From sequence record PP496436.1: DNA of 64,000 bases; one strand, given 5' to 3'. A program made the position numbers and the translations under genes. The notes beneath the pieces are model-generated. The model did no database searches, was not told the DNA's origin, and saw only the letters and a program-made list of their open reading frames with translations. Of this stretch, positions 38,152 through 48,539 are shown in pieces; position 1 is the stretch's first letter; each line of letters begins with the position of its first letter.

Positions 38152-38287
38152 AGTCCGGCTCCAGCGTGCCGCCCGTATACGCTCACAGGCGGGGTTTTAC
38201 GTGATGAGTGGTTAAATGGTACGTCCCGATAAATAACGAGCCCACCTGCCGCCGCTGGGGGCCGTTACAGTTCAACCTGATTCCACG

Positions 38288-38788
38288 TCAGTTCTTGCCG
38301 CGTAGTTCCAGTGTGCTCGCCGACGAAGCCGTCGGAAAGAACTCTACTACAGGGTCTCCCTTGGAATCAGTGAAAAGCCGCTCCGGTAGATTAACCTCAG
38401 GGATTGTCGTTGCAGCGTTGGACGCCGCTGACGGAGATAAGCTACTGGGAGGTGGAACGGCTACCATTTTTTCCTTGTCGTCTCCTTCCTTACTTCGGGA
38501 GGAGTTGAACCTGCTATACAACTCGCTGATCTGACTCTGTTGATTTCGGAACTGCTCCGTGGTTTCCCGGTTGAACTTGGTCTGGGTAGACACGAAGGAG
38601 ATTACCGTCTTCTTCAGGGCATCGATGTCAGCGCTAACAGGAGCCTGCTTGGCATAGCGATCTTCCACAAAGAAATACATGGAGAACAACGCAATGACAA
38701 TGGCTATTACTTGGGTAGGCGAGAGTCGGATGGCAGAAACTTCTGTGTTAGGAGAAGGTGTGCCTCCGCTTGCGGGTTGACCAGCCAT
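38288..38788 (-). CDS. Membrane-anchored hypothetical protein
   Basis: One TM segment followed by coiled coil; GAGGA SD. Confidence 0.65.
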   Translation of the reverse strand: MAGQPASGGTPSPNTEVSAIRLSPTQVIAIVIALFSMYFFVEDRYAKQAPVSADIDALKKTVISFVSTQTKFNRETTEQFRNQQSQISELYSRFNSSRSKEGDDKEKMVAVPPPSSLSPSAASNAATTIPEVNLPERLFTDSKGDPVVEFFPTASSASTLELRGKN

Positions 38789-38826
38789 ACTACCGTCCTC
38801 TACAGGCCATCAGGCAGTGGGTTAGC

Positions 38827-39834
38827 TCAGGCGAGGAATCTGTGTAAGCCCGAGGAATATTTGTTCTGGTACATGGTCATCACCTTATTGGACGCGGTGG
38901 TGGCTCGGTTACCAGATCGGTTAAACGACATATGCAGCCAAGGTCGGTTTCCATGCTCAAAGATGAACTGGTCATAGTTGATGTTGTCTTTGACCCAATT
39001 GGCACGATCCCAATATTCTTGATTGCTAATGCCGGGCCACTGTACATCGATGGCTTGTCCCGTTTCATGCTGGGACCTACCATTCTGCTGTGTACGGAAA
39101 CCGGAGTTGAAGGAAAAACCTGGGTAGGCGTCCCACAACGGTTCCAGTATATGCTCGGCCAATGCCTTGAGGTTGCAAACGATCTCCTGTTCCGTCAAGC
39201 CCCGTTGAGCCTTGATGGTGTGAGGGAAAGCAGTCTTGATCGATACGTTAGCCAACGTAAACCTTGCGGATAGACGCAGCCCGTAATCCAGCGGTAGAGT
39301 AATCATGGCGCAGTCAGTGATAGGTGTAACTCGGTCCGGCGGGGGCACCTTGTTCTCTTCCTGTGCGGGTGTGTCTATTGGCGGTGGCGGTGAAGTCTGG
39401 GGTGCCGGTGGATAACTCTGCTGCGGAGTACCGGGACTGGTCTCGTATTCATCCGCGAAAGCGTCGTAACCGGCAGTCCGAATAAGCTTGGCTGCATTCT
39501 CAGGGCTGTTCTGATCCACCGGAATAATAGTGGCAGCGACAATCTCCACCTTACCCTTATCCGATGTACCGTCACCTACCAGCACAGTAGGTGAGCCTGT
39601 CATGGGTGCGTCATTGTCTTGGAACCCGTCACCCAGTCGGGCAACTGGCAGGCCGTTGGTGAACACCGTGGCACTCCCAACTCTTTGAGAAGTAGGTCCG
39701 GGTGGGCCGATCCAGGTATCGCTGACCCGTACAACAGGGAAGCCATTGACCATGTGATTCGGGGATCCAGACACTGCCACCCGTTTAGCGTTTGACAAGT
39801 CTGGGCCTTGCCGGGCCACTGGTTTCAATGCCAT
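38827..39834 (-). CDS. PAAR-repeat spike tip fused to an M15 zinc peptidase
   Basis: PVARQG, PVVRVSD, PVARLGD, GSPTVLVGDG; C-terminal SGFR..SQHETGQAIDV..WLHMS. Confidence 0.85.
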   Translation of the reverse strand: MALKPVARQGPDLSNAKRVAVSGSPNHMVNGFPVVRVSDTWIGPPGPTSQRVGSATVFTNGLPVARLGDGFQDNDAPMTGSPTVLVGDGTSDKGKVEIVAATIIPVDQNSPENAAKLIRTAGYDAFADEYETSPGTPQQSYPPAPQTSPPPPIDTPAQEENKVPPPDRVTPITDCAMITLPLDYGLRLSARFTLANVSIKTAFPHTIKAQRGLTEQEIVCNLKALAEHILEPLWDAYPGFSFNSGFRTQQNGRSQHETGQAIDVQWPGISNQEYWDRANWVKDNINYDQFIFEHGNRPWLHMSFNRSGNRATTASNKVMTMYQNKYSSGLHRFLA

Positions 39835-39843
39835 GTGCCCACC

Positions 39844-40482
39844 TTAAGGGTTGTCCTGAATCATGCCAGCCTTACGAGTCTCGATACCGATGGTGTTGGT
39901 ATCCTTAGCTCCTTCGACATTTTCAGCCAGATTGCCTTTGACCAGTACCGCGCTGTCACCCACCACTTGCCGTGAGAAGTTCCTGCCGACAACCTCGATC
40001 AAGTCCCGCTTGGCAGTTCTGATGATGTCACCGTCGTTGGTGAATACTTCCTTACTGCCGGTGTGGTGGATGAACGTCACCTCACCACTGGTCAGGTCCG
40101 TGATCCACTGGTTACCAGACGCATCAATCTGGCCGTAAGTGGTCGGGTAGTTGGTGCCCGACACATCCGTCTGCTGCGTGCCCGCCGACTTCCAGAACCC
40201 CGTATATACTGGGAAGTGGGGATCTTGGCTGGGGAACTCGATGATCAGTTCAGATCCGACGATAGGCACTCCGAAGGAACTGGTGCCACCTCCGCCACCC
40301 TGATCAGCAGGAACCTGAGCGTAGCACCATGGCAGGGAATCCACGTCTCCGTCGATGAACGGCGGAATGCGACACTTCACCCGTGAGATGCCACGTGGGT
40401 CTTGGTTGGTGACCACGATGCCTTTGAGCGGCTGATCGAAGAACCGCCGGGGTTTCATCACTTGATTGATAGAAAAGAGCAT
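39844..40482 (-). CDS. Central spike (gp5/gpV-like OB-fold), short, no lysozyme domain
   Basis: GIVVTNQDP.GISRVKCRIP..LPW..VPIVGS..F..DP..PVYTG. Confidence 0.85.
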   Translation of the reverse strand: MLFSINQVMKPRRFFDQPLKGIVVTNQDPRGISRVKCRIPPFIDGDVDSLPWCYAQVPADQGGGGGTSSFGVPIVGSELIIEFPSQDPHFPVYTGFWKSAGTQQTDVSGTNYPTTYGQIDASGNQWITDLTSGEVTFIHHTGSKEVFTNDGDIIRTAKRDLIEVVGRNFSRQVVGDSAVLVKGNLAENVEGAKDTNTIGIETRKAGMIQDNP

Positions 40483-40500
40483 GGAAACCTCTCGTGCCGG

Positions 40501-41322
40501 TTAGAAATATTCCGGCTTGAACTGCTCGATCTGAACCGCGAATTCCTTTTTCAACTTCTCCTGACGATCCTGATCTTCCATCACGATGATGTGGCGACGG
40601 ATCTTCGAGCACGCGGTCAAGTCACTGGCAGCACGTTCCAGGTCACGGGCGTAATCCTCAAGCTCGCTGATCTGTTTATCCAGCTTGAACGTGGTCTCAC
40701 CCTTCACATACTTCTGGATGTAGAACTTGCGCATCTGCTTGTCGTACAAGCTGCGGTAGGTCTTCTCGTATTCCGCCAGCGCATCCGCCGGTTTCATTTT
40801 GAGTGGACCTTTACGCACCTTGTCGGTCTTGATGGTATGAACGGTGTCCTTCGTTTCCACCTGCTTGATCGTCGGGATCAGCGGGTTGTTCTTGTCCGCT
40901 TTGGTTTGCGTAGGGATCTGCGCTTTGGGCTTTTCCTTGGCAACCTTGACGGTGGTGTCTACCTTGGGCCGTGCACGACCGAGGAAACCAGCGACGTCAT
41001 CTGCGCTGACCCACTTCGGCAGTTCCTTGACCGGTAGGGCAGTCTTACGCACCTTGTTGCTGGTGCACTTGCCCAGTACCCACTTACGGGTGGCCGGGAA
41101 CTCTGCAACTTCGCCGTCGTCGAAGCGGATGAACAAAGTCTTGTCCGCCACACTGCGTTTGGATACGGTGCCGATGAAGATCAGCGGGTCTTGCTTCTTG
41201 CCGTCGTAGTTGATAACGAGCCGGTCACCTTTCTTGAATTCATCAATCAGGGCTGACGTTTCGATCTCTTGCTTGTCGTGCGACGACGTAGAGCGGGCCG
41301 GGTTAAGAGTCCGAATGCTCAT
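40501..41322 (-). CDS. Hypothetical protein with an SH3/Tudor-like domain shared with 58186..59334
   Basis: AGGAG SD; KKGDRLVINY..DP..FDD..VA..KWV. Confidence 0.75.
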   Translation of the reverse strand: MSIRTLNPARSTSSHDKQEIETSALIDEFKKGDRLVINYDGKKQDPLIFIGTVSKRSVADKTLFIRFDDGEVAEFPATRKWVLGKCTSNKVRKTALPVKELPKWVSADDVAGFLGRARPKVDTTVKVAKEKPKAQIPTQTKADKNNPLIPTIKQVETKDTVHTIKTDKVRKGPLKMKPADALAEYEKTYRSLYDKQMRKFYIQKYVKGETTFKLDKQISELEDYARDLERAASDLTACSKIRRHIIVMEDQDRQEKLKKEFAVQIEQFKPEYF

Positions 41323-41390
41323 TATTTTCTCCTGTTCGGGCGCTGTGCCATGTCATTCAAATCATGCCCATAATTAGGCCTTTTGCGTGT

Positions 41391-42554
41391 TTAGCGAACG
41401 TTGCCTTTGAGGGCAGCTGGCGCTTCCCGACTCATCTCAACCCGAGTAACCATATCGCCGTTGATAATTCGCCTTGAAACCATGTTGACCAAGTACATCC
41501 CGGTATACGTCTCCGAGGTTTGCTTGTTCTGGTTATTCACCTCAAGCTCATCGTCCTTGAACAGCACCAGATCCAGTAGCCGCACAGGATAGAACTCGTT
41601 CTTGAACGACACGTCCACGGTGCACGCCGAGTAGCTGCACAGGTAGTTCAAGTTGTTGATGTAAGACTCGTTGTACCGGGCGTGAACGTTGTCTCCCACG
41701 AAGGAGTTAGGCACCCGGCGAATCTTGACATCCGCGTTACGGCCCAGCGTCTTGGACGCGGCCAGCAGTGTTGATACCGTACTGCTCTTACCGATGCTAC
41801 CCCCACTGTCCAGGTTATACTCCAGCGTTTCCAGGCCGTACCCGGCGAACTGGTTCAGCAGGCCGTTGGACAACTGGATCGTGTACTCACCTTCAATGGG
41901 GATCTGTACGCTCGCTGCCTTCTGCTCCGGCGAGGATGCCCCATAGTTGAAGATGTAGGACGGAGCCAAGCTCAACATGGACTTCAGACTGCGGAACCGG
42001 AAGATGGAATCCGACGTGATGCCGATCAGAGGAACGTTGTTCAACCCCACGTCAGTGCGCAACCAGGTGCTGTTGACGAACGCACGGTCTGTCGTGTACG
42101 GCTGAATCCACTTCATCTTGTCCACGGACGCGGGAAGATTGGTGTCGAACTTCATGTTGTTCCGTTGGGCAACCCCGGCCATCACCTCGACACCCGACAT
42201 CAGCTTGGTGATCTGCTGGTGGCAGTCGTTCACATAAGACGGATGGTACGCCAGCCCGGACAGGTTGAACACATACTCCGACTGACCATTCCTTTTTACC
42301 TTGGGGTTCAGAATCCAAAGGCGATAGTCCATCATGTTGTCCGCTGTCCGACCAATGGAGATCGTCAGCGGATTGCCTTCGTTCATGTTGTACATCACTT
42401 CCTTGTTGCTAGTTGAGAACGTCATCTCGAACTGTGGAAGCTCGCCCCCGGCACGTTCGATGATCTGGAAGTCAGTGAGCTGATCCCCGGACAAGAAGTC
42501 CTTGATGGTGCCGATGGATGCCGAGAGTCGCCACTGACCGTTAACGCCGATCAT
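41391..42554 (-). CDS. Baseplate hub / tail protein (gp27-like)
   Basis: 387 aa between the spike and the gp53-like gene; assignment mainly positional. Confidence 0.55.
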   Translation of the reverse strand: MIGVNGQWRLSASIGTIKDFLSGDQLTDFQIIERAGGELPQFEMTFSTSNKEVMYNMNEGNPLTISIGRTADNMMDYRLWILNPKVKRNGQSEYVFNLSGLAYHPSYVNDCHQQITKLMSGVEVMAGVAQRNNMKFDTNLPASVDKMKWIQPYTTDRAFVNSTWLRTDVGLNNVPLIGITSDSIFRFRSLKSMLSLAPSYIFNYGASSPEQKAASVQIPIEGEYTIQLSNGLLNQFAGYGLETLEYNLDSGGSIGKSSTVSTLLAASKTLGRNADVKIRRVPNSFVGDNVHARYNESYINNLNYLCSYSACTVDVSFKNEFYPVRLLDLVLFKDDELEVNNQNKQTSETYTGMYLVNMVSRRIINGDMVTRVEMSREAPAALKGNVR

Positions 42555-42940
42555 AATGGAGAACTCCCGTAGGACGTGGTAGGCACACCTGAAGACTTCA
42601 GCGGCTTGAGTCGGAAGTACAAGTCTTCCAAGTCAGATAGGCGGAAGTAGTTCATCACGGTGCCCACCTTCAGCTCGGTGAACAGGCACTTGTTGTTGTA
42701 GTGCATCAGCAAGGCCCAATAGTCCACGGAGCCGTAGATGGTATAGGACAAGAACTCAGGGTGGTACTCATCTTCCGCACCGACCAGTAGTGTGCCTGCC
42801 TTTTCCAACAGCGATACCTGCTTGAGGAATACACTGCTCAGGGGGTCATACATCTCAACCCCACCGGCGCTGACCGTCTGGATGAATTTCTCCAGATCGT
42901 AGCGGCCATCACCTTTTCCTTCGTCAATGATGAAACCCAT
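42551..42940 (-). CDS. Baseplate wedge gp53-like protein
   Basis: HPEFLSYTIYGSVDYWALLMHYN matches RPD.iAy..YG....wW.i...N. Confidence 0.75.
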   Translation of the reverse strand: MGFIIDEGKGDGRYDLEKFIQTVSAGGVEMYDPLSSVFLKQVSLLEKAGTLLVGAEDEYHPEFLSYTIYGSVDYWALLMHYNNKCLFTELKVGTVMNYFRLSDLEDLYFRLKPLKSSGVPTTSYGSSPL

Positions 42941-42948
42941 GACTCACC

Positions 42949-43824
42949 TCAATTAAGCTTGGCCGCGCCGGAAGTCAATAGGTCCTTCAACTGCGCTGTT
43001 GTCTTGGTGCCTATTGCGGTGGCACTGGCATAAGACTTATCGAACTCAGATGATATCTGAGCCAGCCGTTGCTGATTGGTAAGCGAAGGGGTTGCGGCGG
43101 CAACGGCTGGCGCAGAGGCTGTAGCCGTGATGCTGGACAGCAGACCCAACCCTACGTCGCGGAAGAAGGCGAGGAACTCTTGATCGGAAACCAGACGGTA
43201 CGGTTGCACCGTCAGGGAACCTGTGGCGTACAGCGGCGTGCCGTCAACGGTGACTGCCTGCGAGAATTCGAAGTTGGCATCCACCAAGATCAGGTTGGTG
43301 GCGCGGAACCACTGCCCGATCTCCAGCGTCCACGTACCCTGCGCTTCGGACTTACCCGAAGGCAAGTATCCGCCCGGCGGGGTGAGGAATGCCGAGAGGA
43401 AGGAATCGACGCCTACCTTTTCGTTCTTACCTTCACCGATCCGAGGGTACAAGTAGCTTTGCAGTTTGGCGGACTTTAGGTGGACGGGTTCCTCACTCTC
43501 GTTGTACCGCACGATAGCCACCTGAAGTGGGAACGTCGGGCGCTGTGTGCCGTTCCAGGTAGACACCGTGTTGAGCAGCGTCTTAATTTGGAAGGTCTTG
43601 AAGTCCGTACCGAAGGCGATGTTGGTCGCCGTGGTCAGCTCGGTAAGCTTCTGGGACTTGTCGTTGAAGAATTGTTCAAATGGACTCTCATAGTTGGCCG
43701 AAGAGTTGATACCGAACGGCGCTGTGATGATGCACTTGAACTGATAGAGGTCTAACTGGTGGGAGAGGCGGATCGTATGATCCGCACTCCCCATCAGCGC
43801 AGCGTAATCTAAACCGGCGCTCAT
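42949..43824 (-). CDS. Tail tube-like / baseplate-tail junction protein
   Basis: Directly downstream of the tape measure; assignment positional. Confidence 0.5.
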   Translation of the reverse strand: MSAGLDYAALMGSADHTIRLSHQLDLYQFKCIITAPFGINSSANYESPFEQFFNDKSQKLTELTTATNIAFGTDFKTFQIKTLLNTVSTWNGTQRPTFPLQVAIVRYNESEEPVHLKSAKLQSYLYPRIGEGKNEKVGVDSFLSAFLTPPGGYLPSGKSEAQGTWTLEIGQWFRATNLILVDANFEFSQAVTVDGTPLYATGSLTVQPYRLVSDQEFLAFFRDVGLGLLSSITATASAPAVAAATPSLTNQQRLAQISSEFDKSYASATAIGTKTTAQLKDLLTSGAAKLN

Positions 43825-43833
43825 GGTATCCCC

Positions 43834-46800
43834 TTAGAAGGATGAATTGTTGACCATCATCACCATAATGTCATCGATGTTCTTGGCCGCTTTGGTCGTA
43901 CCATTACCAGAGTTGCTGCCCCCACCACCGGATTGAACCACTTGTGGTGCAGGTTGCTCTTTAACCGCATTGGTGGTACGGTCCTGTGTCTGAATGAGTG
44001 CTGCCGTCTGCGCAGTCTGCAACTGCGACTTGCTCTCATTGAGACTGCTTCGCGCGGAACCAACGTCTTGCAAGCTGTTGTTGGCTGCACTCAAAGACTT
44101 GAACTCACCTGTGACAAGGGGTGCCGAAGATTCTACTGGCTTGATCATCGACAGTCGTTGTGCCGGTTCGGTCAGCACACCTTTGCTAACCAGTGGGTCC
44201 AGCACAATTGCCGGATCTGTAGGCTTGCTCTGGGTGATCGGGACCGGACCAGTAACACCTTTAGTTGCCGACATTGGCTGATTAGCCGCAGGCGTGGACA
44301 CAGTGGTGGCTGGCAGCGGAGTAATGCCTGGAATGAATGGCGTGGTAGGTGCAGCGTCGCCTTTAACCGGTACGTCGGTAGCCGGGCCAGCCTTGCCGAT
44401 AGCCAACGGAGTTACTACCTTGCCGTTGGTGTCTACCTTAGGTACAGTCATGGACGTACTGATCGCAGCATCCACTTTGTTCTTCATGTCCTTGCTGTAC
44501 TTCTGGTTGTTCTCCGTACCGTTCCAGGCGTCAAGCATTTCGATGTCGGAGATCTGACCTTGGTAGCCTTCCTGACGGAACACTGCCTTGGCAATCGCCA
44601 TCATCGTCGGCTGGTCGTTAGGATCCAGCTTCTGGTTTGGATCGATACCGGTTTCCTTCGAGACGGCCGTGACATAGCCACTGGTATCGTTCTCGTTCGG
44701 CGGTGTCAGCTTGTTGACCAACTGCTTCAAGGTCATGCCTTCCGCAGACACGTGCTTGCGCGCCAGTTTGAACCATGCCCTAGCACCGTGCACGACAGTA
44801 TCGAACTTCTCGAAGCCACCTTCCTGACCGACTTCACCTACCCACTGGTTCTTGTCGCTGGCCCGGATGTTACCTGGGTTGAAGTTCCGGGTTGCCAGTG
44901 TGGCTTGTCCTTTGAGTGGCCCAGAACCGGAACCCTGATACGATACGCTCTGATCCAGCGTACCCGGCTGCGGCAGAACAGGAATGGCTTGTCCCTTGAT
45001 GTTCGGCGATGCGCTGAAGTCTTCGGCAGGGCTGGATACGGACTGTTCTTTGTCGAACCAGTTCATCGGGTTGATGCGGGTTGCCAGATCCTTGGCTTTC
45101 TGCACCATATCTGCAATACGGTTCGGGTTGCTGAAGAAGTCGATGGCCGCACCGATGGCGATACCCGTCGGGCCAAAGATTGCACCCTTGAGTCCACCTT
45201 CACCGAGGTAGTCCTTGGCGGTATCCAGCATGTTCGTGCCGAGCTTGGTCACAGAGTCCAAAGTACCCGACGCCAGATCCTGTACCGACTTCCAGCCCTC
45301 CGTGCCCCACGTTGTGACAGTATCCCAGCCTTTGCTTAGGCCGGTCATCATGTCATTAGTGAAACCTTCCATATACTTCGATGCTTTGTCCAGGCCACCG
45401 GCTACTGTGTCAGTGACGAACTTGGATGCAGGCCCCAGTACATCGGTAACCTTGTCCAGTCCCGCATAGATGTCTTTGGTGTCGATCAAGCCGAACGACA
45501 ACCCCGAGGCAATCGAGGACAGTGCCGCTTGAGACTTCTGACCGAACGTGGCTTCTTGACCCGGCTTCAACCCGGCGATGTCTGAGGCGTTATTCCAACC
45601 GTCGAACCCATCGTAGGCCGCCATCGCAGCGATACCGATAGGACCTAGGAGTTTGCTGGCGCCGGAAATCAGCCCTCGACCCGCCAGCCGTGCTACCTTA
45701 CCCCCAGCTTTGGCTAAACCCACGCCTCGGCTGGCAAGCTTACCTGCACGGGTAGCTGGCTTTGGGCGTGCCGACGGAACGTGAGGTTCACCAGCGGACG
45801 GGGCGGAAGTACGTGAAGATGAGGGAACAGTCGTGTGTGGATTAGAAGAAGAATTACGAGGACGAACTTCACCCGTGGCCGTATCCAGAACTGCATCAAT
45901 GTTGTCATCTGTTCGGTCGCGACCCCGACGTAGGCCGACCAGACTACCAATAGCCCCGGCTCCGGCACCTACGAATGCTGCCATCTTACCGACGCGACCC
46001 GTGGCGAAGCGTCCTACACCTTTAGCAGCACGCCCAAGACGACTACCGCCCCGAGCGGCACCTTCCGCCGTACCCGCAGCACCCCTTGCAGCACCTTTAC
46101 GCGCAGCGCGGCCTGCGAGGATAGCCGAACCAGCGGCACCCAGACCACCCACGATACCGTCGGATAATCCCAGAGCAGCGTCGAAGTTACCCAAGCCTAG
46201 AGCATTTAGCAACCCGGAGATTGCAGTGGACGCTACGCCTTTACCGGCGGCAACGATGCCGGGGTTACGGACGAAGCGATCACTCAATTTGTTCTTTTGC
46301 AGCCCAGTCTCTACGTCGCTATGATCCAGCAATGACTCATCGAACTTCTCATTCAACTCTTTCAGGTTGAATACGATCTTTTCGTCAGTGGTGTCCGCCT
46401 GCACTTTCTGCAAGATGTTGGCAACTTTCTTGCTGGTGTGTGCGTTCAGCTTACCGTCTGCCCGGAACGCCTTCTGCATAGCCACCACTTGCGCGGCGAA
46501 CTGCGGAATGGCAGACAGCTGTTTGATCACACCTTGCATCGCATCCTTGCGCTCGTTCAGATTACCGTTCTTCAACGTCTTGATAGCACCCGCGATATCC
46601 GCGTCTACCGACTGGCGTTGGAATGCAACCTTCTCATATCCCTTGAGCATGGTTGCAATCTGAGCGTATTCCTTCTCCGAGATGTCGCTGTTATGCGACA
46701 GGAGCTTCTCGATGTCCTTTAACTGCGGGTTCTCTTTAAGCTGACGCGACTGGCGCAGGAAACCCACAGTCTCACCGGCAATGGTGCTACGGTAGTTCTT

Positions 46801-47385
46801 GCCCAGTCGGCGGTCCGTGATCCTGTCCGTCATCTGATTGACGACTTTGCTGCTGTCTACGTGCGCAATAGGAGCAACCGCTTTTAGATCGGTAGCTACC
46901 GCTTTGGCAGACTCGACAACGGCGTGCGCCTGATCAGAGTCAACTGACTTCCGGTTCAACACATCTTCGTACAGCTTGCGCTCAGGACCGGAGCGGAACT
47001 TCTGCAGGCGTTCCAGTGCGTCCATCTGGTTTTGAATGGTCTCTTGCAGGGAATCATCGCCCTGCTTCTGAGCCTTCTTCATCTGTTTCATCAGTTCCAG
47101 CTGAGTCTTACTGTAATCCAGCAGATCCGACTGGTTGCTCACCGAGTCCAGAATGGTGGTCAACTGATCGTGTAAACCTTTACCCATGAGGAAGGTGGGC
47201 ACCATGGATTTCATGGCACGCTTGAGCACGTCAACGCCTTCCGTGAAAGCACTAGATGCCAATGCGTTTGACCGCTCGGCCATCTTGAGTTGCTTTTCAC
47301 TCATCTTGTCCCGATCAATGGAACTCGGGTCGATGTTGTTACTCTTGAGGATGTCTAGGTACGTTTCATTGATTAGGGTCGGCAT
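43834..47385 (-). CDS. Tape measure-like protein with a lysozyme-like RNFNPGN domain
   Basis: Helical N-terminus, Gly/Ala-rich middle, ATRNFNPGNIR..F.T..HGARA..P.NENDT.GY. Confidence 0.75.
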   Translation of the reverse strand: MPTLINETYLDILKSNNIDPSSIDRDKMSEKQLKMAERSNALASSAFTEGVDVLKRAMKSMVPTFLMGKGLHDQLTTILDSVSNQSDLLDYSKTQLELMKQMKKAQKQGDDSLQETIQNQMDALERLQKFRSGPERKLYEDVLNRKSVDSDQAHAVVESAKAVATDLKAVAPIAHVDSSKVVNQMTDRITDRRLGKNYRSTIAGETVGFLRQSRQLKENPQLKDIEKLLSHNSDISEKEYAQIATMLKGYEKVAFQRQSVDADIAGAIKTLKNGNLNERKDAMQGVIKQLSAIPQFAAQVVAMQKAFRADGKLNAHTSKKVANILQKVQADTTDEKIVFNLKELNEKFDESLLDHSDVETGLQKNKLSDRFVRNPGIVAAGKGVASTAISGLLNALGLGNFDAALGLSDGIVGGLGAAGSAILAGRAARKGAARGAAGTAEGAARGGSRLGRAAKGVGRFATGRVGKMAAFVGAGAGAIGSLVGLRRGRDRTDDNIDAVLDTATGEVRPRNSSSNPHTTVPSSSRTSAPSAGEPHVPSARPKPATRAGKLASRGVGLAKAGGKVARLAGRGLISGASKLLGPIGIAAMAAYDGFDGWNNASDIAGLKPGQEATFGQKSQAALSSIASGLSFGLIDTKDIYAGLDKVTDVLGPASKFVTDTVAGGLDKASKYMEGFTNDMMTGLSKGWDTVTTWGTEGWKSVQDLASGTLDSVTKLGTNMLDTAKDYLGEGGLKGAIFGPTGIAIGAAIDFFSNPNRIADMVQKAKDLATRINPMNWFDKEQSVSSPAEDFSASPNIKGQAIPVLPQPGTLDQSVSYQGSGSGPLKGQATLATRNFNPGNIRASDKNQWVGEVGQEGGFEKFDTVVHGARAWFKLARKHVSAEGMTLKQLVNKLTPPNENDTSGYVTAVSKETGIDPNQKLDPNDQPTMMAIAKAVFRQEGYQGQISDIEMLDAWNGTENNQKYSKDMKNKVDAAISTSMTVPKVDTNGKVVTPLAIGKAGPATDVPVKGDAAPTTPFIPGITPLPATTVSTPAANQPMSATKGVTGPVPITQSKPTDPAIVLDPLVSKGVLTEPAQRLSMIKPVESSAPLVTGEFKSLSAANNSLQDVGSARSSLNESKSQLQTAQTAALIQTQDRTTNAVKEQPAPQVVQSGGGGSNSGNGTTKAAKNIDDIMVMMVNNSSF

Positions 47386-47395
47386 GGCCTGTTAC

Positions 47396-47605
47396 CTATT
47401 TCCGCTGGATCAAACTGGAGAGCATCTTCAACATGTTAGCGTTGCGGTCAGCCTCCTCTTTGAGACGGATCGTTAACAGGTTGTTCAGCTTCACTAGTCT
47501 GTCGTACGGCATAAATTGAATGTGGAAGGCATCAACTATCCCTTCCGCGGCCAAATCGCAAGCCATTTTTAGAAGTAGGCGTGGCTCCACGAAAGGGTGT
47601 GACAA
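47396..47605 (-). CDS. Small tail-assembly-chaperone-like ORF (TTG start or frameshift extension)
   Basis: AGGAGG 9 nt before TTG; overlaps the previous gene in the +1 frame; FMPYDRL..L...LKEE. Confidence 0.6.
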   Translation of the reverse strand: MSHPFVEPRLLLKMACDLAAEGIVDAFHIQFMPYDRLVKLNNLLTIRLKEEADRNANMLKMLSSLIQRK

Positions 47606-48539
47606 GCATCGAGTCCTCCTTCACCTCGACACGAACATTTTTGATGACCCGTTCAATGAACTGCGGATAGAAGTTCTTTTGACCTTCCTCTTTCTCCGCT
47701 TCCATTTTTACCCAATCTTCGTTGAGCACTTTCTCTTTGACCGGGACGATCAAGTCCGAGATACCGTGGTAGAGCATGGTATCGATGGCCGTCAGCATCA
47801 TCATCCGCTCGCCTGTGGCGTCGGCCACCAGCTTCAACATGGGCTCAAGGTCCTGATCGCTGCCCAAAGCCAACCATGCGTGAGCCTGATTGATATCCTT
47901 GCGAACTTCTTCCGGGACATTGAGGTAGGCCAGATGCTGGCGCAGAGTGACCGGCATGAACTCGATGCTCTGCATGCGACCACTGATCTCAGTATCGAGG
48001 ATGATCGGCAATTCTACAGTGAGTTCATCGAATTCCAGCTGAGATGCACGCATGATGTGGTGACATTCTACATCATCCACCACGAAGGACAGCTGCACTT
48101 CTTCCGTACCCATGGTGGAGAACTTGCGATACATAGCGATACAGATGAAGTCACCCATAGTCAGGTCGAGCGGATCGATCCCGGTGGCAGTAATGCCGTC
48201 GAGTATGTGCATGAACCGCTCAATCTCAGAGAACCGCCCTTCACTGACCGTTTCGATCTCGGCAAACGTGTAGGGACGGTAAGACACCGTGACACCCGCC
48301 GGATAGGGGCGGAACTGGCTCGGCAATTCCTTCATCTGGAACCACGGTACGTCCACTTCTTCAGTGGTGAGCTTCTGAGGGGGCAGTGGCTCGGGTGCTG
48401 CTTGCATCATGGAGGCCAAGCTTACTGCATCACCATCCACGGAGTCTTGATCAACGTCTCCCCAATCAAGGCTTTCCTTTTTAGGGTCGGGCGTATCCGC
48501 CTGCCGTTGGTGTGGGGGAATGGGGTTCTGGGTGAACAT
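47532..48539 (-). CDS. Tail assembly chaperone / baseplate hub assembly protein (gp26-like)
   Basis: ELPSQF.PY..VSYRPYT..E..LTMGDF..I..RK.S; lies upstream of the tape measure. Confidence 0.65.
   Translation of the reverse strand: MFTQNPIPPHQRQADTPDPKKESLDWGDVDQDSVDGDAVSLASMMQAAPEPLPPQKLTTEEVDVPWFQMKELPSQFRPYPAGVTVSYRPYTFAEIETVSEGRFSEIERFMHILDGITATGIDPLDLTMGDFICIAMYRKFSTMGTEEVQLSFVVDDVECHHIMRASQLEFDELTVELPIILDTEISGRMQSIEFMPVTLRQHLAYLNVPEEVRKDINQAHAWLALGSDQDLEPMLKLVADATGERMMMLTAIDTMLYHGISDLIVPVKEKVLNEDWVKMEAEKEEGQKNFYPQFIERVIKNVRVEVKEDSMLVTPFRGATPTSKNGLRFGRGRDS

Noticed and set aside
38183-38287. A second read-through candidate after the TGA at 38288
   Set aside because: The frame is open ~34 codons but lacks gene-like composition and runs through a terminator-like hairpin.
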